A program made the position numbers and the translations under genes. A model generated the notes under the pieces. That model did not search any database. It was not told the DNA's origin and worked only from the letters and a program-made list of their open reading frames with translations. This document shows positions 25,623-39,100 of a stretch of 64,000 bases of DNA, piece by piece (within the stretch, counting starts at the first letter, position 1; the number at the start of each line of letters is the position of its first letter). Origin of the DNA: Auanema rhodensis (lineage: Eukaryota; Animalia; Nematoda); NCBI GenBank assembly GCA_964057225.1, contig OZ059896.1, forward strand, positions 19,096,001 through 19,160,000, in the 5' to 3' direction.

Positions 25623-28600
25623 AACACAGATCGACGCAGCTTAAAAATCCGCATCGAATGCACTATACTACATTGAGAAACGCTTAATACAAAAATTAGT
25701 TATGATCGTTTGAAAAATGATGCATTAGTGTATGTTGAGTTTCCATGTACACTCAACATTGCTTCCAAAAACATTTTCACAAAAATTTTTTCGAAAAATT
25801 TCAAAATAATTTAGCAAAAAGTAGATGTTTTTAGATTCCATTTTTCAAGGCAAAGACGATGGACAATGTTATTCAACGAAAAAATTAATTCTTCAGGGTG
25901 AAAATCGAGGATATAAGTGTGAACTTGTATAAGTTGATATCTCGGAGCATTTTTAAGCTAGCGCAAATCTGATAACACAGATCGACGCAGCTTAAAAATC
26001 CGCATCGAATGCACTATACTACATTGAGAAACGCTTAATACAAAAATTAGTTATGATCGTTTGAAAAATGATGCATTAGTGTATGTTGAGTTTCCATGTA
26101 CACTCAACATTGCTTCCAAAAACATTTTGACAAAAATTTTTTCGAAAAATTTCGTAATAATTTAGCAAAAAGTAGATGTTTTTAGATTCCTTTTCTCAAG
26201 GCAAAGACGATTGACAATGTTATTCAACGAAAAAATTAATTCTTCAGGGTGAAAATCGAGGATATAAGTGTGAACTTATATCAGTTGATATCTCGGTGCA
26301 TTTTTAAGCTAGCGCAAATCTGATAACACAGATCGACGCAGCTTAAAAATCCGCATCGAATGCACTACACTACATTGAGAAACGCTTAATACAAAAATTA
26401 GTTATGATCGTTTGAAAAATGATGCATTAGTGTATGTTGAGTTTCCATGTACACTCAACATTGCTTCCAAAAACATTTTGACAAAAATTTTTTCGAAAAA
26501 TTTCAAAATAATTTAGCAAAAAGTAGATGTTTTTAGATTCCTTTTTCAAGGCAAAGACGATGGACATTGTTATTCAACGAAAAAATTAATTCTTCAGGGT
26601 GAAAATCGAGGATATAAGTGTGAACTTATATCAGTTGATATCTCGGTGCATTTTTAAGCTAGCGCAAATCTGATAACACAGATCGACGCAGCTTAAAAAT
26701 CCGCATCGAATGCACTATACTACATTGAGAAACGCTTAATACAAAAATTAGTTATGATCGTTTGAAAAATGATGCATTAGTGTATGTTGAGTTTCCATGT
26801 ACACTCAACATTGCTTCCAAAAACATTTTGACAAAAATTTTTTCGAAAAATTTCAAAATAATTTAGCAAAAAGTAGATGTTTTTAGATTCCTTTTTTCAA
26901 GGCAAAGACGATGGACAATGTTATTCAACGAAAAAATTAATTCTTCAGGGTGAAAATCGAGGATATAAGTGTGAACTTGTATAAGTTGATATCTCGGTGC
27001 ATTTTTAAGCTAGCGCAAATCTGATAACACAGATCGACGCAGCTTAAAAATCCGCATCGAATGCACTATACTACATTGAGAAACGCTTAATACAAAAATT
27101 AGTTATGATCGTTTGAAAAATGATGCATTAGTGTATGTTGAGTTTCCATGTACACTCAACATTGCTTCCAAAAACATTTTCACAAAAATTTTTTCGAAAA
27201 ATTTCAAAATAATTTAGCAAAAAGTAGATGTTTTTAGATTCCATTTTTCAAGGCAAAGACGATGGACAATGTTATTCAACGAAAAAATTAATTCTTCAGG
27301 GTGAAAATCGAGGATATAAGTGTGAACTTGTATAAGTTGATATCTCGGTGCATTTTTAAGCTAGCGCAAATCTGATAACACAGATCGACGCAGCTTAAAA
27401 ATCCGCATCGAATGCACTATACTACATTGAGAAACGCTTAATACAAAAATTAGTTATGATCGTTTGAAAAATGATGCATTAGTGTATGTTGAGTTTCCAT
27501 GTACACTCAACATTGCTTCCAAAAACATTTTGACAAAAATTTTTTCGAAAAATTTCGAAATAATTTAGCAAAAAGTAGATGTTTTTAGATTTCTTTTTTC
27601 AAGGCAAAGACGATTGACAATGTTATTCAACGAAAACATTAATTCTTCAGGGTGAAAATCGAGGATATAAGTGTGAACTTATATCAGTTGATATCTCGGT
27701 GCATTTTTAAGCTAGCGCAAATCTGATAACACAGATCGACGAAGCTTAAAAATCCGCATCGAATGCACTACACTACATTGAGAAACGCTTAATACAAAAA
27801 TTAGTTATGATCGTTTGAAAAATGATGCATTAGTGTATGTTGAGTTTCCATGTACACTCAACATTGCTTCCAAAAACATTTTGACAAAAATTTTTTCGAA
27901 AAATTTCAAAATAATTTAGCAAAAAGTAGATGTTTTTAGATTCCTTTTTTCAAGGCAAAGATGATGGACAATGTTATTCAACGAAAAAATTAATTCTTCA
28001 GGGTGAAAATCGAGGATATAAGTGTGAACTTATATCAGTTGATATCTCGGTGCATTTTTAAGCTAGCGCAAATCTGATAACACAGATCGACGCAGCTTAA
28101 AAATCCGCATCGAATGCACTATACTACATTGAGAAACGCTTAATACAAAAATTAGTTATGATCGTTTGAAAAATGATGCATTAGTGTATGTTGAGTTTCC
28201 ATGTACACTCAACATTGCTTCCAAAAACATTTTGACAAAAATTTTTTCGAAAAATTTCAAAATAATTTAGCAAAAAGTAGATGTTTTTAGATTCCTTTTT
28301 TCAAGGCAAAGACGATGGACAATGTTATTCAACGAAAAAATTAATTCTTCAGGGTGAAAATCGAGGATATAAGTGTGAACTTATATCAGTTGATATCTCG
28401 GTGCATTTTTAAGCTAGCGCAAATCTCATAACACAGATCGACGCAGCTTAAAAATCCGCATCGAATGCACTATACTACATTGAGGAACGCTTAATACAAA
28501 AATTAGTTATGATCGTTTGAAAAATGATGCATTAGTGTATGTTGAGTTTCCATGTACACTCAACATTGCTTCCAAAAACATTTTGACAAAAATTTTTTCG

Positions 28601-31600
28601 AAAAATTTCAAAATAATTTAGCAAAAAGTAGATGTTTTTAGATTCCTTTTTTCAAGGCAAAGACGATGGACATTGTTATTCAACGAAAAAATTAATTCTT
28701 CAGGGTGAAAATCGAGGATATAAGTGTGAACATATATCAGTTGATATCTCGGTGCATTTTTAAGCTAGCGCAAATCTGATAACACAGATCGACGCAGCTT
28801 AAAAATCCGCATCGAATGCACTATACTACATTGAGAAACGCTTAATACAAAAATTAGTTATGATCGTTTGAAAAATGATGCATTAGTGTATGTTGAGTTT
28901 CCATGTACACTCAACATTGCTTCCAAAAACATTTTGACAAAATTTTTTTCGAAAAATTTCTAAATAATTTAGCAAAAAGTAGATGTTTTTAGATTTCTTT
29001 TTTCAAGGCAAAGACGATGGACAATGTTATTCAACGAAAAAATTAATTCTTCAGGGTGAAAATCGAGGATATAAGTGTGAACTTATATCAGTTGATATCT
29101 CGGTGCATTTTTAAGCTAGCGCAAATCTCATAACACAGATCGACGCAGCTTAAAAATCCGCATCGAATGCACTATACTACATTGAGAAACGCTTAATACA
29201 AAAATTAGTTATGATCGTTTGAAAAATGATGCATTAGTGTATGTTGAGTTTCCATGTACACTCAACATTGCTTCCAAAAACATTTTCACAAAAATTTTTT
29301 CGAAAAATTTCAAAATAATTTAGCAAAAAGTAGATGTTTTTAGATTCCATTTTTCAAGGCAAAGACGATGGACAATGTTATTCAACGAAAAAATTAATTC
29401 TTCAGGGTGAAAATCGAGGATATAAGTGTGAACTTGTATAAGTTGATATCTCGGAGCATTTTTAAGCTAGCGCAAATCTGATAACACAGATCGACGCAGC
29501 TTAAAAATCCGCATCGAATGCACTATACTACATTGAGAAACGCTTAATACAAAAATTAGTTATGATCGTTTGAAAAATGATGCATTAGTGTATGTTGAGT
29601 TTCCATGTACACTCAACATTGCTTCCAAAAACATTTTGACAAAAATTTTTTCGAAAAATTTCGTAATAATTTAGCAAAAAGTAGATGTTTTTAGATTCCT
29701 TTTCTCAAGGCAAAGACGATTGACAATGTTATTCAACGAAAAAATTAATTCTTCAGGGTGAAAATCGAGGATATAAGTGTGAACTTATATCAGTTGATAT
29801 CTCGGTGCATTTTTAAGCTAGCGCAAATCTGATAACACAGATCGACGCAGCTTAAAAATCCGCATCGAATGCACTACACTACATTGAGAAACGCTTAATA
29901 CAAAAATTAGTTATGATCGTTTGAAAAATGATGCATTAGTGTATGTTGAGTTTCCATGTACACTCAACATTGCTTCCAAAAACATTTTGACAAAAATTTT
30001 TTCGAAAAATTTCAAAATAATTTAGCAAAAAGTAGATGTTTTTAGATTCCTTTTTCAAGGCAAAGACGATGGACATTGTTATTCAACGAAAAAATTAATT
30101 CTTCAGGGTGAAAATCGAGGATATAAGTGTGAACTTATATCAGTTGATATCTCGGTGCATTTTTAAGCTAGCGCAAATCTGATAACACAGATCGACGCAG
30201 CTTAAAAATCCGCATCGAATGCACTATACTACATTGAGAAACGCTTAATACAAAAATTAGTTATGATCGTTTGAAAAATGATGCATTAGTGTATGTTGAG
30301 TTTCCATGTACACTCAACATTGCTTCCAAAAACATTTTGACAAAAATTTTTTCGAAAAATTTCAAAATAATTTAGCAAAAAGTAGATGTTTTTAGATTCC
30401 TTTTTTCAAGGCAAAGACGATGGACAATGTTATTCAACGAAAAAATTAATTCTTCAGGGTGAAAATCGAGGATATAAGTGTGAACTTGTATAAGTTGATA
30501 TCTCGGTGCATTTTTAAGCTAGCGCAAATCTGATAACACAGATCGACGCAGCTTAAAAATCCGCATCGAATGCACTATACTACATTGAGAAACGCTTAAT
30601 ACAAAAATTAGTTATGATCGTTTGAAAAATGATGCATTAGTGTATGTTGAGTTTCCATGTACACTCAACATTGCTTCCAAAAACATTTTCACAAAAATTT
30701 TTTCGAAAAATTTCAAAATAATTTAGCAAAAAGTAGATGTTTTTAGATTCCATTTTTCAAGGCAAAGACGATGGACAATGTTATTCAACGAAAAAATTAA
30801 TTCTTCAGGGTGAAAATCGAGGATATAAGTGTGAACTTGTATAAGTTGATATCTCGGTGCATTTTTAAGCTAGCGCAAATCTGATAACACAGATCGACGC
30901 AGCTTAAAAATCCGCATCGAATGCACTATACTACATTGAGAAACGCTTAATACAAAAATTAGTTATGATCGTTTGAAAAATGATGCATTAGTGTATGTTG
31001 AGTTTCCATGTACACTCAACATTGCTTCCAAAAACATTTTGACAAAAATTTTTTCGAAAAATTTCGAAATAATTTAGCAAAAAGTAGATGTTTTTAGATT
31101 TCTTTTTTCAAGGCAAAGACGATTGACAATGTTATTCAACGAAAACATTAATTCTTCAGGGTGAAAATCGAGGATATAAGTGTGAACTTATATCAGTTGA
31201 TATCTCGGTGCATTTTTAAGCTAGCGCAAATCTGATAACACAGATCGACGAAGCTTAAAAATCCGCATCGAATGCACTACACTACATTGAGAAACGCTTA
31301 ATACAAAAATTAGTTATGATCGTTTGAAAAATGATGCATTAGTGTATGTTGAGTTTCCATGTACACTCAACATTGCTTCCAAAAACATTTTGACAAAAAT
31401 TTTTTCGAAAAATTTCAAAATAATTTAGCAAAAAGTAGATGTTTTTAGATTCCTTTTTTCAAGGCAAAGATGATGGACAATGTTATTCAACGAAAAAATT
31501 AATTCTTCAGGGTGAAAATCGAGGATATAAGTGTGAACTTATATCAGTTGATATCTCGGTGCATTTTTAAGCTAGCGCAAATCTGATAACACAGATCGAC

Positions 31601-32640
31601 GCAGCTTAAAAATCCGCATCGAATGCACTATACTACATTGAGAAACGCTTAATACAAAAATTAGTTATGATCGTTTGAAAAATGATGCATTAGTGTATGT
31701 TGAGTTTCCATGTACACTCAACATTGCTTCCAAAAACATTTTGACAAAAATTTTTTCGAAAAATTTCAAAATAATTTAGCAAAAAGTAGATGTTTTTAGA
31801 TTCCTTTTTTCAAGGCAAAGACGATGGACAATGTTATTCAACGAAAAAATTAATTCTTCAGGGTGAAAATCGAGGATATAAGTGTGAACTTATATCAGTT
31901 GATATCTCGGTGCATTTTTAAGCTAGCGCAAATCTCATAACACAGATCGACGCAGCTTAAAAATCCGCATCGAATGCACTATACTACATTGAGGAACGCT
32001 TAATACAAAAATTAGTTATGATCGTTTGAAAAATGATGCATTAGTGTATGTTGAGTTTCCATGTACACTCAACATTGCTTCCAAAAACATTTTGACAAAA
32101 ATTTTTTCGAAAAATTTCAAAATAATTTAGCAAAAAGTAGATGTTTTTAGATTCCTTTTTTCAAGGCAAAGACGATGGACATTGTTATTCAACGAAAAAA
32201 TTAATTCTTCAGGGTGAAAATCGAGGATATAAGTGTGAACATATATCAGTTGATATCTCGGTGCATTTTTAAGCTAGCGCAAATCTGATAACACAGATCG
32301 ACGCAGCTTAAAAATCCGCATCGAATGCACTATACTACATTGAGAAACGCTTAATACAAAAATTAGTTATGATCGTTTGAAAAATGATGCATTAGTGTAT
32401 GTTGAGTTTCCATGTACACTCAACATTGCTTCCAAAAACATTTTGACAAAATTTTTTTCGAAAAATTTCTAAATAATTTAGCAAAAAGTAGATGTTTTTA
32501 GATTTCTTTTTTCAAGGCAAAGACGATGGACAATGTTATTCAACGAAAAAATTAATTCTTCAGGGTGAAAATCGAGGATATAAGTGTGAACTTATATCAG
32601 TTGATATCTCGGTGCATTTTTAAGCTAGCGCAAATCTCAT
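25623..32640. repeat. 10-monomer (3509-bp) higher-order tandem duplication
   Basis: Private markers (CGGAGC at 25946/29455, TTCGTAAT, a 1-bp T deletion, GAAAACATT, GACGAAGCTT, GAGGAACG, AACATATATC) all recur at +3509. Confidence 0.95.
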
Positions 32641-34748
32641 AACACAGATCGACGCAGCTTAAAAATCCGCATCGAATGCACTATACTACATTGAGAAACG
32701 CTTAATACAAAAATTAGTTATGATCGTTTTAAAAATGATGCATTAGTGTATGTTGAGTTTCCATGTACACTCAACATTGCTTCCAAAAACATTTTGACAA
32801 AAATTTTTTTGAAAAATTTCAAAAAAAATTTAGCAAAAAGTAGATGTTTTTAGATTCCTTTTTTCAAGGCAAAGACGATGGACAATGTTATTCAACGAAA
32901 AAATTAATTCTTCAGGGTGAAAATCGAGGATATAAGTGTGAACTTATATCAGTTGATATCTCGGTGCATTTTTAAGCTAGCGCAAATCTGATAACACAGA
33001 TCGACGAAGCTTAAAAATCCGCATCGAATGCACTACACTACATTGAGAAACGCTTAATACAAAAATTAGTTATGATCGTTTGAAAAATGATGCATTAGTG
33101 TATGTTGAGTTTCCATGTACACTCAACATTGCTTCCAAAAACATTTTGACAAAAATTTTTTCGAAAAATTTCAAAATAATTTAGCAAAAAGTAGATGTTT
33201 TTAGATTCCTTTTTTCAAGGCAAAGATGATGGACAATGTTATTCAACGAAAAAATTAATTCTTCAGGGTGAAAATCGAGGATATAAGTGTGAACTTATAT
33301 CAGTTGATATCTCGGTGCATTTTTAAGCTAGCGCAAATCTGATAACACAGATCGACGCAGCTTAAAAATCCGCATCGAATGCACTATACTACATTGAGAA
33401 ACGCTTAATACAAAAATTAGTTATGATCGTTTGAAAAATGATGCATTAGTGTATGTTGAGTTTCCATGTACACTCAACATTGCTTCCAAAAACATTTTGA
33501 CAAAAATTTTTTCGAAAAATTTCAAAATAATTTAGCAAAAAGTAGATGTTTTTAGATTCCTTTTTTCAAGGCAAAGACGATGGACAATGTTATTCAACGA
33601 AAAAATTAATTCTTCAGGGTGAAAATCGAGGATATAAGTGTGAACTTATATCAGTTGATATCTCGGTGCATTTTTAAGCTAGCGCAAATCTCATAACACA
33701 GATCGACGCAGCTTAAAAATCCGCATCGAATGCACTATACTACATTGAGGAACGCTTAATACAAAAATTAGTTATGATCGTTTGAAAAATGATGCATTAG
33801 TGTATGTTGAGTTTCCATGTACACTCAACATTGCTTCCAAAAACATTTTGACAAAAATTTTTTCGAAAAATTTCAAAATAATTTAGCAAAAAGTAGATGT
33901 TTTTAGATTCCTTTTTTCAAGGCAAAGACGATGGACATTGTTATTCAACGAAAAAATTAATTCTTCAGGGTGAAAATCGAGGATATAAGTGTGAACATAT
34001 ATCAGTTGATATCTCGGTGCATTTTTAAGCTAGCGCAAATCTGATAACACAGATCGACGCAGCTTAAAAATCCGCATCGAATGCACTATACTACATTGAG
34101 AAACGCTTAATACAAAAATTAGTTATGATCGTTTGAAAAATGATGCATTAGTGTATGTTGAGTTTCCATGTACACTCAACATTGCTTCCAAAAACATTTT
34201 GACAAAATTTTTTTCGAAAAATTTCTAAATAATTTAGCAAAAAGTAGATGTTTTTAGATTTCTTTTTTCAAGGCAAAGACGATGGACAATGTTATTCAAC
34301 GAAAAAATTAATTCTTCAGGGTGAAAATCGAGGATATAAGTGTGAACTTATATCAGTTGATATCTCGGTGCATTTTTAAGCTAGCGCAAATCTCATAACA
34401 CAGATCGACGCAGCTTAAAAATCCGCATCGAATGCACTATACTACATTGAGAAACGCTTAATACAAAAATTAGTTATGATCGTTTTAAAAATGATGCATT
34501 AGTGTATGTTGAGTTTCCATGTACACTCAACATTGCTTCCAAAAACATTTTGACAAAAATTTTTTTGAAAAATTTCAAAAAAAATTTAGCAAAAAGTAGA
34601 TGTTTTTAGATTCCTTTTTTCAAGGCAAAGACGATGGACAATGTTATTCAACGAAAAAATTAATTCTTCAGGGTGAAAATCGAGGATATAAGTGTGAACT
34701 TATATCAGTTGATATCTCGGTGCATTTTTAAGCTAGCGCAAATCTCAT
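31237..34748. repeat. 5-monomer (1756-bp) tandem duplication overlapping the end of the 10-mer
   Basis: GACGAAGCTT monomers start at 31237 and 32993. The 352-bp CAAAAAAAATTT monomers start at 32641 and 34397. Confidence 0.92.
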
Positions 34749-36152
34749 AACACAGATCGACGCAGCTTAAAAATCCGCATCGAATGCACTATACTACATT
34801 GAGAAACGCTTAATACAAAAATTAGTTATGATCGTTTGAAAAATGATGCATTAGTGTATGTTGAGTTTCCATGTACACTCAACATTGCTTCCAAAAACAT
34901 TTTGACAAAAATTTTTTCGAAAAATTTCAAAATAATTTAGCAAAAAGTAGATGTTTTTAGATTCCTTTTTTCAAGGCAAAGACGATGGACAATGTTATTC
35001 AACGAAAAAATTAATTCTTCAGGGTGAAAATCGAGGATATAAGTGTGAACTTATATCAGTTGATATATCGGTGCATTTTTAAGCTAGCGCAAATCTGATA
35101 ACACAGATCGACGCAGCTTAAAAATCCGCATCGAATGCACTATACTACATTGAGAAACGCTTAATACAAAAATTAGTTATGATCGTTTGAAAAATGATGC
35201 ATTAGTGTATGTTGAGTTTCCATGTACATTCAACATTGCTTCCAAAAACATTTTGACAAAAATTTTTTCGAAAAATTTCAAAATAATTTAGCAAAAAGTA
35301 GATGTTTTTAGATTCCTTTTTCCAAGGCAAAGACGATGGACATTGTTATTCAACGAAAAAATTAATTCTTCAGGGTGAAAATCGAGGATATAAGTGTGAA
35401 CTTATATCAGTTGATATCTCGGTGCATTTTTAAGCTAGCGCAAATCTGATAACACAGATCGACGCAGCTTAAAAATCCGCATCGAATGCACTATACTACA
35501 TTGAGAAACGCTTAATACAAAAATTAGTTATGATCGTTTTAAAAATGATGCATTAGTGTATGTTGAGTTTCCATGTACATTCAACATTGCTTCCAAAAAC
35601 ATTTTGACAAAAATTTTTTCGAAAAATTTCAAAATAATTTAGCAAAAAGTAGATGTTTTTAGATTCCTTTTTTCAAGGCAAAGACGATGGACAATGTTAT
35701 TCAACGAAAAAATTAATTCTTCAGGGTGAAAATCGAGGATATAAGTGTGAACTTATATCAGTTGATATCTCGGTGCATTTTTAAGCTAGCGCAAATCTCA
35801 TAACACAGATCGACGCAGCTTAAAAATCCGCATCGAATGCACTATACTACATTGAGAAACGCTTAATACAAAAATTAGTTATGATCGTTTGAAAAATGAT
35901 GCATTAGTGTATGTTGAGTTTCCATGTACACTCAACATTGCTTCCAAAAACATTTTGACAAAAATTTTTCCGAAAAATTTCAAAATAATTTAGCAAAAAG
36001 TAGATGTTTTTAGATTCCTTTTTTCAAGGCAAAGACGATGGACATTGTTATTCAACGAAAAAATTAATTCTTCAGGGTGAAAATCGAGGATATAAGTGTG
36101 AACTTATATCAGTTGATATCTCGGTGCATTTTTAAGCTAGCGCAAATCTCAT

Positions 36153-39100
36153 AACACAGATCGACGCAGCTTAAAAATCCGCATCGAATGCACTATACTA
36201 CATTGAGAAACGCTTAATACAAAAATTAGTTATGATCGTTTGAAAAATGATGCATTAGTGTATGTTGAGTTTCCATGTACATTCAACATTGCTTCCAAAA
36301 ACATTTTGACAAAAATTTTTTCGAAAAATTTCAAAATAATTTAGCAAAAAGTAGATGTTTTTAGATTCCTTTTTTCAAGGCAAAGACGATGGACATTGTT
36401 ATTCAACGAAAAAATTAATTCTTCATTGTGAAAATCGAGGATATAAGTGTGAACTTATATCAGTTGATATCTCGGTGCATTTTTAAGCTAGCGCAAATCT
36501 CATAACACAGATCGACGCAGCTTAAAAATCCGCATCGAATGCACTATACTACATCGAGAAACGCTTAATACAAAAATTAGTTATGATCGTTTGAAAAATG
36601 ATGCATTAGTGTATGTTGAGTTTCCATGTACACTCAACATTGCTTCCAAAAACATTTTGACAAAAATTTTTTCGAAAAATTTCAAAATAATTTAGCAAAA
36701 AGTAGATGTTTTTAGATTCCTTTTTTCAAGGCAAAGACGATGGACAATGTTATTCAACGAAAAAATTAATTCTTCAGGGTGAAAATCGAGGATATAAGTG
36801 TGAACTTATATCAGTTGATATATCGGTGCATTTTTAAGCTAGCGCAAATCTGATAACACAGATCGACGCAGCTTAAAAATCCGCATCGAATGCACTATAC
36901 TACATTGAGAAACGCTTAATACAAAAATTAGTTATGATCGTTTGAAAAATGATGCATTAGTGTATGTTGAGTTTCCATGTACACTCAACATTGCTTCCAA
37001 AAACATTTTGACAAAAATTTTTTTGAAAAATTTCAAAATAATTTAGCAAAAAGTAGATGTTTTTAGATTCCTTTTTTCAAGGCAAAGACGATGGACAATG
37101 TTATTCAACGAAAAAATTAATTCTTCAGGGTGAAAATCGAGGATATAAGTGTGAACTTATATCAGTTGATATATCGGTGCATTTTTAAGCTAGCGCAAAT
37201 CTGATAACACAGATCGACGCAGCTTAAAAATCCGCATCGAATGCACTATACTACATTGAGAAACGCTTAATACAAAAATTAGTTATGATCGTTTGAAAAA
37301 TGATGCATTAGTGTATGTTGAGTTTCCATGTACACTCAACATTGCTTCCAAAAACATTTTGACAAAAATTTTTTCGAAAAATTTCAAAATAATTTAGCAA
37401 AAAGTAGATGTTTTTAGATTCCTTTTTTCAAGGCAAAGACGATGGACAATGTTATTCAACGAAAAAATTAATTCTTCAGGGTGAAAATCGAGGATATAAG
37501 TGTGAACTTATATCAGTTGATATATCGGTGCATTTTTAAGCTAGCGCAAATCTGATAACACAGATCGACGCAGCTTAAAAATCCGCATCGAATGCACTAT
37601 ACTACATTGAGAAACGCTTAATACAAAAATTAGTTATGATCGTTTGAAAAATGATGCATTAGTGTATGTTGAGTTTCCATGTACACTCAACATTGCTTCG
37701 AAAAACATTTTGACAAAAATTTTTTTGAAAAAGACGAGACGATGGACAATGTTATTCAACGAAAAAATTAATTCTTCAGGGTGAAAATCGAGGATATAAG
37801 TGTGAACTTATATCAGTTGATATATCGGTGCATTTTTAAGCTAGCGCAAATCTGATAACACAGATCGACGCAGCTTAAAAATCCGCATCGAATGCACTAT
37901 ACTACATTGAGAAACGCTTAATACAAAAATTAGTTATGATCGTTTGAAAAATGATGCATTAGTGTATGTTGAGTTTCCATGTACACTCAACATTGCTTCC
38001 AAAAACATTTTGACAAAAATTTTTTTGAAAAATTTCAAAATAATTTAGCAAAAAGTAGATGTTTTTAGATTCCTTTTTTCAAGGCAAAGACGATGGACAA
38101 TGTTATTCAACGAAAAAATTAATTCTTCAGGGTGAAAATCGAGGATATAAGTGTGAACTTATATCAGTTGATATATCGGTGCATTTTTAAGCTAGCGCAA
38201 ATCTCATAACACAGATCGACGCAGCTTAAAAATCCGCATCGAATGCACTATACTACATTGAGAAACGCTTAATACAAAAATTAGTTATGATCGTTTGAAA
38301 AATGATGCATTAGTGTATGTTGAGTTTCCATGTACACTCAACATTGCTTCCAAAAACATTTTGACAAAAATTTTTTCGAAAAATTTCAAAATAATTTAGC
38401 AAAAAGTAGATGTTTTTAGATTCCTTTTTTCAAGGCAAAGACGATGGACAATGTTATTCAACGAAAAAATTAATTCTTCAGGGTGAAAATCGAGGATATA
38501 AGTGTGAACTTATATCAGTTGATATATCGGTGCATTTTTAAGCTAGCGCAAATCTGATAACACAGATCGACGCAGCTTAAAAATCCGCATCGAATGCACT
38601 ATACTACATTGAGAAACGCTTAATACAAAAATTAGTTATGATCGTTTGAAAAATGATGCATTAGTGTATGTTGAGTTTCCATGTACACTCAACATTGCTT
38701 CGAAAAACATTTTGACAAAAATTTTTTTGAAAAAGACGAGACGATGGACAATGTTATTCAACGAAAAAATTAATTCTTCAGGGTGAAAATCGAGGATATA
38801 AGTGTGAACTTATATCAGTTGATATCTCGGTGCATTTTTAAGCTAGCGCAAATCTCATAACACAGATCGACGCAGCTTAAAAATCCGCATCGAATGCACT
38901 ATACTACATTGAGAAACGCTTAATACAAAAATTAGTTATGATCGTTTGAAAAATGATGCATTAGTGTATGTTGAGTTTCCATGTACATTCAACATTGCTT
39001 CCAAAAACATTTTGACAAAAATTTTTTCGAAAAATTTCAAAATAATTTAGCAAAAAGTAGATGTTTTTAGATTCCTTTTTTCAAGGCAAAGACGATGGAC

